A model generated the notes under the pieces. That model saw only the letters and a list, made by a program, of their open reading frames with translations. It searched no databases and was not told the origin of the DNA. Shown here one piece after another: positions 25,801-36,200 of a stretch of 64,000 nucleotides of DNA. Positions within the stretch are counted from its first letter, which is position 1. Every line of letters starts with the position of its first letter. A program made the position numbers and the translations under genes. This stretch comes from Balanoglossus misakiensis (Eukaryota; Animalia; Hemichordata): the NCBI GenBank assembly GCA_040954595.2, contig CM082583.2, positions 3,109,060-3,173,059 on the forward strand, read 5' to 3'.

Positions 25801-28800
25801 ATATCTTACTGTGGAAAGCACACTTTCTCACTGGCAACGAATAAACTTGCACAATGAGCGTGATTTTTCATTCAGTGAACTGTTGTGTCCCCCTGAATCA
25901 TTTGTACAGAACAAAGTTGCACTCAAATCTTCCCGGCGAACAATTGCGCCAGTAATGATTGAAAATTATTACAGTACATTGTCGGGTATGGATGATGAAA
26001 GTGGACGTAATGCCAGTAATGAAAGTCTGTCTTTGGAGGATTTCAAAGTTACACCTGTAGAGAAAGCCGAATACAAAAAGCTTCAGTCTGACTGCTTTGT
26101 GTACATACTTGAAAAAAATGCCATACAAAATGATGATCCTGCTAGGTACATTTCCAGTTTGAAAGAAAGAATGTCAATGTTCACAACAGAAGAGACCGAA
26201 GTTTCGAATATTGTTTATTTGGATGTGCTTGACCTGCCAGCTGACAATATAGAAACCATGAAAGCTGTTCTGAATAAACTATATACCCAGTTTGGTGTTG
26301 GCAAGTACATTAATTATCTGGTGGTAGTCGGAGATGGCAAAACCTATGACTACTTACTAAAATTAAAGAAACAATATGGATTAGATTTGGCATGGTTACT
26401 ACCTTACCCTGGAGACTGGCACATTCTTAAAACCTTCCAAGCTGTGTTAATGAAAATATATCTAGATGCTGGGTTGAAGGAACTTGTCACTCTTTTCCAT
26501 TTTGGAAAAACTGCTTCATCAGTAATGCAAGCTACCAACTTTGACAGGACCCACCGATTTTTACTGCAAGTATGGGAAGCAATATACAGAGTGGAAATCG
26601 ATAAATTCATGAAATACAGGTGTGGTGATCAGCAATCATGCATGCTATCTGAAAAAGATATATATGAAGCATGCATTGAAAACCTGCAAAGAGAGCCTGA
26701 TCATTTTGATTTGCTGGATGATACAGCAGGCTTTGCAGAAATTAGAGAATCACTCAAAGAAAAACTATCTGGCTTTGAGGCAGAGTTTGACAGCTTTACG
26801 CAGAACTGCATGGCAAAAAACAGCACCTGGAAATTTTGGCATGATTTCATTCACAGGGACATGATGACATATATTGCACTGTACATATCTATGAGAAATA
26901 GAAATTTCAATTTGCGTAATGCAGCTCTCAAGGAAATGACACCACTGTTTCACAGTTTTGACAGGTTGAATTACCTGAGGCTTGTACCTCAGCATCTTGC
27001 GGATTTAAAATGCTTCCCTCCATCTGTTGTCAATTATCTTTACAGTGGGGGTTTTGCTGTCAGTCTGTCTGGTAGAAAGTGGAAATGTGTTGCCCTGGAC
27101 GAATGTCATGAAATGTGCATCAATAAAGATGTGAAAGAAGCCATGCACTCCACACAAAGAGAAGCACTTTCCAGGCTCACTTTCTATCTTCCCCACAGGG
27201 CATTGCTTCACAAAAATATCAAGAAGCAAATATTTAATGATGCAAGTATGTCATCATCTCATGAGTCACTCTCTGAAAGGAAGCATACAGAAATGAACAT
27301 CAGAGCATATATAGACAAATTAGTAGGATCAAATATACTTTTTGATCCTTCATCTTGTGGCACTGACTGTCTTAGTCATCTGTTTTCCAATAAAACACTC
27401 AATGGTAAGGATGCACATGATTTATTGACATTCAGGACTGTGGGAGAAAAATCTATGAATGATTACATCTCATGTGTGATTTTATTTAATCCCCAGTCAA
27501 AATTGCCTCCACGACACCGTAAAAACTTGAAGACTTTCACAGTAAAGCAACCTAATGTAGCAAAACAAAAGCTGCAAGTGAAAGACCAAAAACTGGTTAA
27601 TCATATCCTACGGAAAAAAATAGCATATTCTAAGGCTACAGGTGTTCCCATTGATGATCTGAGTCAGTTTATTCAGCTTCCTAGGGCCATTGCTGCAGTG
27701 GATGGTTTGCCTGAAAAGGGACAAAAGGCAAGTGTGGGTAAAGTACTGAAAGGCAGATACCCATCTGCCTTTCATTCTGAATTGCCCCGAAGTTTCACAC
27801 CAGAATGTGTGGTGTTGGAGGGTATGTTTCTTATCAATACAACACCGTTAGCATTCCATCAGACATTTCATGACTATGTTTCCTTCCTATGTAGAAGATG
27901 GGTAAAGCCATATTTCTGTAAACTCAATGCTAGTGAGGTGCATATTGTTTTTGACGATCCTCAAAGACATGGATCAAGTCCAAAGGATATAGAAAGAACA
28001 AGACGAGACACTGGAAAAGAAGAGACAGTAGTGTTTGATACTCTCACTTTACAGCAGCCTTTACCTACAAATTGGAGGAAGTTTTTAGGGGTCAGACAAC
28101 ATAAAAGACTTCTTGTCAATCTTCTGAGTGATGCTATGTTAAAATACTCGAAAACATATCTATCAGGTAACCAGAAGCTTGTTACTGCAGGAGGTTTTGA
28201 TGGTGAGCAAAGAGACACAGCACAACAGATAACTGCTCATAATGGTGCATCAGACAGTCCAATGTACTATTCCAATCATGAAGAGAGTGACTCAAGGGTA
28301 TGGTACCATGCTCTGAAATCATGCTTTCAAAACATTCTGATCTATTCCCCAGATACAGATGTTTACCATATTGGTCTACCTTTCCTAGAGGGAAATGCTA
28401 AAAATGTATTCATACAGTTACGCTCAGTGCCATTTGATAATGTCTTTCTTTCCATGTCTACATTGATTGAGTGTATGAAACATGATCTATCACTAAGCTC
28501 TCTAACGTCCAGTAAGCTTGCCAACATATTTCAAACTCTATTCATATGTACTGGGTGTGACTACATTTCATTCTTTAGAGGCTGTGGGAAAAAAGCCTTT
28601 CTAGATGTGTTTTTCAAGGAAGCATCATTTATAACTGGTACTGAAAATGAGTCCACAGTTGGAACACTGAATGCAGATAAAGAGTCTAAAGACTTGGGTC
28701 TCTTGGCCTTTTATCGGCTGATAGGGTGTGTGTACTACTACAAACATTCATCAGCATTTCCAGGGTATGGAGGGCCACATGAACATTTCAATTCACTCAT

Positions 28801-29455
28801 CAGTGGGACAAGAACACCACTTCAGGTTCATCATGAATGGCTTGATGACATCAGGAACAGAATATGGGACAGGATTGACAGTGAGGTCGGATTTGTACCA
28901 TCAAACGAGGCCTTAAAATATCACTGGTACAGGTCATGTTGGGTATCATGTTTGTGGGGAAATGCTGATAAAAAGGATGTCAGTATACATGTACCTGCAA
29001 TAACAGATTTTGGGTGGAAACTTGTTGAAGGCAAAATAAGTATTGTGTGGGATTCTAATGAAAATCTGGAAAAAGTAAAGAAAAATGTTGAGTTTTGGAC
29101 TAATGGATGCAAATGCAAAAAGTCCAAATGTACAAACAAATTGTGCAAATGCGTGAAATCAGGGAACATTTGTGGACCAGGTTGTAAATGTTTACACTGT
29201 GAAAACACACCAAATCAACCAAACTCGGCAACTGCCTTATCCCCTGAATATGTAACAGCCTTGGAGGAGGCAGAAGATGATGACGACAATTATGAGCAAA
29301 GTCTTTTGAGGGATATTGAAGAAATATTGGTGGATGAAGACACTGAGTCAGTCATTGACAATACGGAGGCAGTAGCTTTACCAGAGTCTGTCACTGATCT
29401 GGTGGAATGTGGGGGCATCCACAGTGACATAGATGGAAATATTGATGAAGACTAA
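22859..29455 (+). CDS. Academ-type transposase-XPG fusion protein with ubiquitin-like, Cys-rich, OTU-like and C-terminal Cys8/CXC domains (frame open from 22835, first ATG at 22859, true start uncertain)
   Basis: Uninterrupted 2206-codon frame. Transposase motifs SVDNVD (D760), VVGDGKTY (D1167), PGDWH, LDECHE (E1426). XPG/FEN-like motifs VVLEGM, HIVFD, NHEESDSR, SPDTDV, GCDYISFFRGCGKK. Tail CKCKKSKCTNKLCKCVKSGNICGPGCKCLHC followed by an acidic C-terminus. Numbering is from 22835. Confidence 0.92.
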   Translation: MGLGSLISCVGRQASNFAMHLSSVHKQTVSRTNRNKFRISVLTANNTWQNLVSKHNCSPAISFGTVLKVLKHKLQGANPWRHPETCTEYNEFDFLCGYVLMIYISSVFLAHEILVKKKFPFHVTLPDQSVVSYICASPLIPSSVITNYILEKVGIPCTAYKLIANGKPIVERSILDHTVHSSLSLNITGFGGGKKSGDLVHPGKSCGPCVVCGSDSKTRYYHLCCKENDNMVQHIIVNYKTRLNEPLSKSDCICSSCDRKMIRKFNSPVDVSQSKRSKTSTSQCTLSKFNLCTAKADHDGAPIATYEQLFSMLKVAANFEGLPKDMPLCHHHYCEINNFVKGKVPVPCSICSVLIPAKQRKYKINDPDVIMKFIKHIKIDVDFVRKDDIICGACSTACSKYIRTEFGVDRVKAASKVFMRSLCEGYKDVTCCGENSIEEFALASAILFVCKEFEEDRAVFLSSAYSVYLKVLQRNTAKYGTSDNYESMKKNRKWLMVKLQGVFGDCMVSHSNPMYKRLGTLLRRCGSSLEDCMLFTLSAAKSKMENLEKQINSLDELNKSLLADMPSHDVNAHLRVAGEFLKSKVCEMTEKLMSKQSKDEFDITTMCLSDFVSQDIDPYLWNFIFKLTMTQTEQADFFQNEIDTFDWKECYTLNINDKTQNYHLGRLMKRLYIVSCIIYANNAECNYPLHMALADVVDKFSNSSSECLKILNRFGAVSSKDSLQRYKVGISEKTMLEGPKISNETFTTVSVDNVDKLSSYATVKSSQLGRGFNGTSVQAVESKPSLSLTDEDFPPFRRQSLKTKAGEYLKVVAVSHDNSLLRAITAHSICSLRHCSRDEVGKPTSVELLAQENNLMAKIRNELVDCLEQNREHIEQLDPTMYDSFLLKGDSPDKYIDFDHRCVEVRNGATCGVPEIIALCYSTAQAVVIYREDNGQYTEICKYGAGCFPDSQPIQLLLSHHQGNEYYQLLMSESLYYDEQSYLTVESTLSHWQRINLHNERDFSFSELLCPPESFVQNKVALKSSRRTIAPVMIENYYSTLSGMDDESGRNASNESLSLEDFKVTPVEKAEYKKLQSDCFVYILEKNAIQNDDPARYISSLKERMSMFTTEETEVSNIVYLDVLDLPADNIETMKAVLNKLYTQFGVGKYINYLVVVGDGKTYDYLLKLKKQYGLDLAWLLPYPGDWHILKTFQAVLMKIYLDAGLKELVTLFHFGKTASSVMQATNFDRTHRFLLQVWEAIYRVEIDKFMKYRCGDQQSCMLSEKDIYEACIENLQREPDHFDLLDDTAGFAEIRESLKEKLSGFEAEFDSFTQNCMAKNSTWKFWHDFIHRDMMTYIALYISMRNRNFNLRNAALKEMTPLFHSFDRLNYLRLVPQHLADLKCFPPSVVNYLYSGGFAVSLSGRKWKCVALDECHEMCINKDVKEAMHSTQREALSRLTFYLPHRALLHKNIKKQIFNDASMSSSHESLSERKHTEMNIRAYIDKLVGSNILFDPSSCGTDCLSHLFSNKTLNGKDAHDLLTFRTVGEKSMNDYISCVILFNPQSKLPPRHRKNLKTFTVKQPNVAKQKLQVKDQKLVNHILRKKIAYSKATGVPIDDLSQFIQLPRAIAAVDGLPEKGQKASVGKVLKGRYPSAFHSELPRSFTPECVVLEGMFLINTTPLAFHQTFHDYVSFLCRRWVKPYFCKLNASEVHIVFDDPQRHGSSPKDIERTRRDTGKEETVVFDTLTLQQPLPTNWRKFLGVRQHKRLLVNLLSDAMLKYSKTYLSGNQKLVTAGGFDGEQRDTAQQITAHNGASDSPMYYSNHEESDSRVWYHALKSCFQNILIYSPDTDVYHIGLPFLEGNAKNVFIQLRSVPFDNVFLSMSTLIECMKHDLSLSSLTSSKLANIFQTLFICTGCDYISFFRGCGKKAFLDVFFKEASFITGTENESTVGTLNADKESKDLGLLAFYRLIGCVYYYKHSSAFPGYGGPHEHFNSLISGTRTPLQVHHEWLDDIRNRIWDRIDSEVGFVPSNEALKYHWYRSCWVSCLWGNADKKDVSIHVPAITDFGWKLVEGKISIVWDSNENLEKVKKNVEFWTNGCKCKKSKCTNKLCKCVKSGNICGPGCKCLHCENTPNQPNSATALSPEYVTALEEAEDDDDNYEQSLLRDIEEILVDEDTESVIDNTEAVALPESVTDLVECGGIHSDIDGNIDED

Positions 29456-29725
29456 ATGACAAAACAGAGCTTATATCTTTTTTTACATTCATTATCTGAT
29501 TGAAGACGTCACAAATGGGGGACAAGTGCACATTGTAATATCAGCAATAATGCACTGAAAATTGACTAATCGTAGAAACATGTCTGTGGGAACAAAGTAA
29601 TACAACGTTTTACAGCCAGATATAGAAATTTAATTATTTTAATCAAAAATATTCTAACAGAAGCCATATTGTGTACACTGGTACCATGACTACGCCAGTC
29701 GCGTTCACATAATTAAGACGAGACA

Positions 29726-30258
29726 GGTTCACAAGAAAGTGCAGCACTTTTTTATAATACGTTCTTAACACTTCAAATTTCACCCAGGGTTAGTCTGATA
29801 AATAATCTAACTTGTGATGTGAAAATTCTCGTGCAACCTTTAGGATTTTTTGAGATACGGGTGGGTAAACTTGAAAAATGTTACAATAATACACGTTCAC
29901 AGGAAAGGGAAGGGTTCACAAGAAAGTGCAGCACTTTTTTATAATACGTTCTTAACACTTCAAATTTCACCCAGGGTTAGTCTGATAAATAATCTAACTT
30001 GTGATGTGAAAATTCTCGTGCAACCTTTAGGATTTTTTGAGATACGGGTGGGTAAACTTGAAAAACGTTACAATAATACGCGTTCATAGGAAAGTGAAGG
30101 GTTCACAAGAAAGTGCAGCACTTTTTTATAAAACGCCCGTCACACTTCAAATTTCGCCCAGCGTTAGACTTATAAATTACCTAACTTGCTACGTAAAAAT
30201 TATCGTGCAACCTTCAAGATTTTTTGAGATACGGGTCGGTAAACTTGAAAAACGTCAA
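29726..30258 (+). repeat. Three direct repeats with about 187-bp period in the 3' subterminal region of the Academ element
   Basis: GGTTCACAAGAAAGTGCAGCACTTTTTTATAA recurs at about 29726, 29913 and 30100; the third copy is more diverged. Confidence 0.95.
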
Positions 30259-33200
30259 AATACCTCAGCTTTTCATCCAAGGTCGATCGCTGGGAAAAAC
30301 GTCTACAGTCCAATCCTATCGTGCTAAAGACGCGATAATCTGGCAACATGTCCGTATGGTTCTTGTTATATCAATAGTGTTGTCATTTCAAGGTAAAAAC
30401 TCTCGAATCGGACAAAATCGCCCGTGTTTTCCGAAGGTTAGCGCAACAACATAAATAAGTGTCCATTTTGAAAATAGTCACGTGACTTTTTCCAATAAAC
30501 GCCCTCATCGTCGGGTGGTTGCGTTCGGGCTGTTGCGTCAACATTAACAAGGCCATAGTGGCCATCTACCAAAATTTAAGTGGTGTGTAGAGTCAACCTT
30601 TGCGTCAACATTAACAGACCATAGCGGCCATCTACCAAAATTAAGTGTTGTGTAGAGTCAACCTTTGCGTCAACATTAACCAGGCCACAGTGGACAGTAT
30701 CATACCCATCTACCAAAATTAAAGTGGTGTGTAGAGTCAACCTTTGCGTCAACATTAACAAGGCCATAGTGCACAGTATCATGCCCATCTACCAAAAATT
30801 AAGTGGTGTGTAGAGTCAACCTTTGCGTCAACATTAACCAGGCCACAGTGCACAGTATCATGCCCATCTACCAAAATTTAAGTGGTGTGTAGAGTCAACG
30901 TTTGCGTCAACATTAACAAGGCCATAGTGGCCATCTACCCAAATTAAAGTGGTATGTAGAGTCAACGTTTGCGTCAACATTAACAAGGCCATAGTGGCCT
31001 TCTACCAAAATTTAAGTGGTGTGTAGAGTCAACGTTTGCGTCAACATTAACAAGGCCATAGTGGCCATCTACCAAAATTTAAGTGGTGTGTAGAGTCAAC
31101 CTTTGCGTAAACATTAACCAGGCCACAGTGGACAGTATCATGCCCATCTACCAAAATTTAAGTGGTGTGTAGAGTCAACGTTTGCGTCAACATTAACAAG
31201 GCCATAGTGGCCATCTACCAAAATTTAAGTGGTGTGTATAGTCAACCTTTGCGTCAACATTAACAAGGCCATAGTGGCCATCTACCAAAATTTAAGTGGT
31301 GTGTAGAGTCAACCTTTGCGTCAACATTAACAGACCATAGCGGCCATCTACCAAAATTAAGTGTTGTGTAGAGTCAACCTTTGCGTCAACATTAACCAGG
31401 CCACAGTGGACAGTATCATACCCATCTACCAAAATTAAAGTGGTGTGTAGAGTCAACCTTTGCGTCAACATTAACAAGGCCATAGTGGCGATCTACCCAA
31501 ATTAAAGTGGTGTGTAGAGTCAACGTTTGCGTAAACATTAACCAGGCCACAGTGGACAGTATCATGCCCATCTACCAAAATTTAAGTGGTGTGTAGAGTC
31601 AACGTTTGCGTCAACATTAACAAGGCCATAGTGGCCATCTACCAAAATTTAAGTGGTGTGTAGAGTCAACGTTTGCGTCAACATTAACAAGGCCATAGTG
31701 GCCATCTACCAAAATTTAAGTGGTGTGTATAGTCAACCTTTGCGTCAACATTAACAAGGCCATAGTGGCCATCTACCAAAATTTAAGTGGTGTGTAGAGT
31801 CAACCTTTGCGTCAACATTAACAGACCATAGCGGCCATCTACCAAAATTAAGTGTTGTGTTGAGTCAACCTTTGCGTCAACATTAACCAGGCCACAGTGG
31901 ACAGTATCATGCCCATCTACCAAAATTAAAGTGGTGTGTAGAGTCAACCTTTGCGTCAACATTAACAAGGCCATAGCGGCCATCTACCAAAATTTAAGTG
32001 TTGTGTGGAGTCAACCATTGCGTCAACATTAACCAGGCCACAGTGCACAGTATCATGCCCATCTACCAAAATTTAAGTGTTGTGTAGAGTCAACCTTTGC
32101 GTCAACATTAACCAGGCCACAGTGCACAGTATCATGCCCATCTACCAAAATTTAACTGGTGTGTAGAGTCAACCATTGCGTCAACATTAACCAGGCCACA
32201 GTGCACAGTATCATGCCCATCTACCAAAATTTAAGTGTTGTGTAGAGTCAACCATTGCGTCAACATTAACCAGGCCACAGTGCACAGTATCATGCCCATC
32301 TACCAAAATTTAACTGGTGTGTAGAGTCAACCTTTGCGTCAACATTAACCAGGCCACACTGCACAGTATCATGCCCATCTACCAAAATTTAAGTGTTGTG
32401 TAGAGTCAACCATTGCGTCAACATTAACCAGGCCACAGTGCACAGTATCATGCCCATCTACCAAAATTAAGTGTTGTGTAGAGTCAACCTTTGCGTCAAC
32501 ATTAACCAGGCCACAGTGCACAGTATCATGCCCATCTACCAAAATTTAAGTGTTGTGTAGAGTCAACGTTTGCGTCAACATTAACCAGGCCACAGTGCAC
32601 AGTATCATGCCCATCTACCAAAATTTAAGTGTTGTGTAGAGTCAACGTTTGCGTCAACATTAACCAGGCCACACTGCACAGTATCATGCCCATCTACCAA
32701 AATTTAAGTGTTGTGTAGAGTCAACCATTGCGTCAACATTAACCAGGCCACAGTGCACAGTATCATGCCCATCTACCAAAATTTAAGTGTTGTGTAGAGT
32801 CAACGTTTGCGTCAACATTAACCAGGCCACAGTGCACAGTATCATGCCCATCTACCAAAATTTAAGTGTTGTGTAGAGTCAACCTTTGCGTCAACATTAA
32901 CCAGGCCACAGTGCACAGTATCATGCCCATCTACCAAAATTTAAGTGTTGTGTAGAGTCAACGTTTGCGTCAACATTAACCAGGCCACAGTGCACAGTAT
33001 CATGCCCATCTACCAAAATTTAAGTGTTGTGTAGAGTCAACGTTTGCGTCAACATTAACCAGGCCACACTGCACAGTATCATGCCCATCTACCAAAATTT
33101 AAGTGTTGTGTAGAGTCAACCATTGCGTCAACATTAACCAGGCCACAGTGCACAGTATCATGCCCATCTACCAAAATTAAGTGTTGTGTAGAGTCAACCT

Positions 33201-36200
33201 TTGCGTCAACATTAACCAGGCCACAGTGCACAGTATCATGCCCATCTACCAAAATTAAGTGTTGTGTAGAGTCAACCTTTGCGTCAACATTAACCAGGCC
33301 ACAGTGCACAGTATCATGCCCATCTACCAAAATTTAAGTGTTGTGTAGAGTCAACCATTGCGTCAACATTAACCAGGCCACACTGCACAGTATCATGCCC
33401 ATCTACCAAAATTTAAGTGTTGTGTAGAGTCAACCATTGCGTCAACATTAACCAGGCCACAGTGCACAGTATCATGCCCATCTACCAAAATTAAGTGTTG
33501 TGTAGAGTCAACCTTTGCGTCAACATTAACCAGGCCACAGTGCACAGTATCATGCCCATCTACCAAAATTTAAGTGGTGTGTAGAGTCAACCTTTGCGTC
33601 AAAATTAACCAGGCCATAGTGCACAGTATCATGCCCATCTACCAAAATTAAGTGTTGTGTAGAGTCAACCATTGCGTCAACATTAACCAGGCCACAGTGC
33701 ACAGTATCATGCCCATCTACCAAAATTTAAGTGGTGTGTAGAGTCAACCTTTGCGTCAACATTAACAAGGCCATAGTGGCGATCTACCCAAATTAAAGTG
33801 GTGTGTAGAGTCAACGTTTGCGTCAACATTAACCAGGCCACAGTGGACACTATCATGCTCATCTACCAAAATTTAAGTGGTGTGTAGAGTCAACCTTTGC
33901 GTCAACATTAACAAGGCCATAGTGGCCATCTACCCAAATTAAAGTGGTATGTAGAGTCAACGTTTGCGTCAACATTAACAAGGCCATAGTGGCCATCTAC
34001 CAAAATTTAAGTGGTGTGTAGAGTCAACGTTTGCGTCAACATTAACAAGGCCATAGTGGCCATCTACCAAAATTTAAGTGGTGTGTAGAGTTAACCTTTG
34101 CGTCAACATTAACCAGGCCACAGTGGAAAGTATCATGCCCATCTACCAAAATTTAAGTGGTGTGTAGAGTCAACGTTTGCGTCAACATTAACAAGGCCAT
34201 AGTGGCCATCTACCAAAATTTAAGTGGTGTGTAGAGTAAACGTTTGTGTCAACATTAACAAGGCCATAGTGGCCATCTACCAATATTTAAGTGGTGTGTA
34301 GAGTCAACCTTTGCGTCAACATTAACCAGGCCACAGTGGACAGTATCATGCCCATCTACCAAAATTAAGTGTTGTGTAGAGTCAACCTTTGCGTCAACAT
34401 TAACCAGGCCACAGTGCACAGTATCATGCCCATCTACCAAAATTTAAGTGTTGTGTAGATTCAACGTTTGCGTCAACATTAACCAGGCCACAGTGCACAG
34501 TATCATGCCCATCTACCAAAATTTAAGTGTTGTGTAGAGTCAACGTTTGCGTCAACATTAACCAGGCCACAGTGCACAGTATCATGCCCATCTACCAAAA
34601 TTTAAGTGTTGTGTAGAGTCAACCTTTGCGTCAACATTAACCAGGCCACAGTGCACAGTATCATGCCCATCTACCAAAATTTAAGTGTTGTGTAGAGTCA
34701 ACGTTTGCGTCAACATTAACCAGGCCACAGTGCACAGTATCATGCCCATCTACCAAAATTTAAGTGTTGTGTAGAGTCAACCTTTGCGTCAACATTAACC
34801 AGGCCACAGTGCACAGTATCATGCCCATCTACCAAAATTTAAGTGTTGTGTAGAGTCAACGTTTGCGTCAACATTAACCAGGCCACAGTGCACAGTATCA
34901 TGCCCATCTACCAAAATTTAAGTGTTGTGTAGAGTCAACGTTTGCGTCAACATTAACCAGGCCACAGTGCACAGTATCATGCCCATCTACCAAAATTTAA
35001 GTGTTGTGTAGAGTCAACCTTTGCGTCAACATTAACCAGGCCACACTGCACAGTATCATGCCCATCTACCAAAATTTAAGTGTTGTGTAGAGTCAACGTT
35101 TGCGTCAACATTAACCAGGCCACAGTGCACAGTATCATGCCCATCTACCAAAATTTAAGTGTTGTGTAGAGTCAACCTTTGCGTCAACATTAACCAGGCC
35201 ACAGTGCACAGTATCATGCCCATCTACCAAAATTTAAGTGTTGTGTAGAGTCAACGTTTGCGTCAACATTAACCAGGCCACAGTGCACAGTATCATGCCC
35301 ATCTACCAAAATTTAAGTGTTGTGTAGAGTCAACGTTTGCGTCAACATTAACCAGGCCACACTGCACAGTATCATGCCCATCTACCAAAATTTAAGTGTT
35401 GTGTAGAGTCAACCATTGCGTCAACATTAACCAGGCCACAGTGCACAGTATCATGCCCATCTACCAAAATTAAGTGTTGTGTAGAGTCAACCTTTGCGTC
35501 AACATTAACCAGGCCACAGTGCACAGTATCATGCCCATCTACCAAAATTAAGTGTTGTGTAGAGTCAACCTTTGCGTCAACATTAACCAGGCCACAGTGC
35601 ACAGTATCATGCCCATCTACCAAAATTTAAGTGTTGTGTAGAGTCAACCATTGCGTCAACATTAACCAGGCCACACTGCACAGTATCATGCCCATCTACC
35701 AAAATTTAAGTGTTGTGTAGAGTCAACCATTGCGTCAACATTAACCAGGCCACAGTGCACAGTATCATGCCCATCTACCAAAATTAAGTGTTGTGTAGAG
35801 TCAACCTTTGCGTCAACATTAACCAGGCCACAGTGCACAGTATCATGCCCATCTACCAAAATTTAAGTGGTGTGTAGAGTCAACCTTTGCGTCAAAATTA
35901 ACCAGGCCATAGTGCACAGTATCATGCCCATCTACCAAAATTAAGTGTTGTGTAGAGTCAACCATTGCGTCAACATTAACCAGGCCACAGTGCACAGTAT
36001 CATGCCCATCTACCAAAATTTAAGTGGTGTGTAGAGTCAACCTTTGCGTCAACATTAACAAGGCCATAGTGGCGATCTACCCAAATTAAAGTGGTGTGTA
36101 GAGTCAACGTTTGCGTCAACATTAACCAGGCCACAGTGGACACTATCATGCTCATCTACCAAAATTTAAGTGGTGTGTAGAGTCAACCTTTGCGTCAACA

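Larger units (their letters stand above)
21828..30532 (+). mobile_element. Autonomous Academ (AcademX-type) DNA transposon, 8,705 bp
   Basis: TIR CAGTCCGAACGCA / TGCGTTCGGGCTG (12/13 match); TTG TSD at 21825-21827 and 30533-30535; empty-site equivalent at about 31235-31345; 3-bp TSD, YR termini and a transposase+XPG+Cys8 protein fit the Academ superfamily. Confidence 0.88.

Noticed and set aside
22894-29208. Many short ORFs overlapping the 2206-aa ORF
   Set aside because: Shadow frames of the long CDS
29850-30454. Three similar MRYGWVNLKNV ORFs
   Set aside because: Products of the 187-bp direct repeats with TTG starts; the period is not a multiple of 3
21828-30532. CACTA/EnSpm, Harbinger or host-gene assignment for the 8.7-kb element
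   Set aside because: Ends are CAG and not CACT(A/G); the TSD is not TWA; the XPG+Cys8 fusion fits Academ; TIRs plus TSD argue against a domesticated gene
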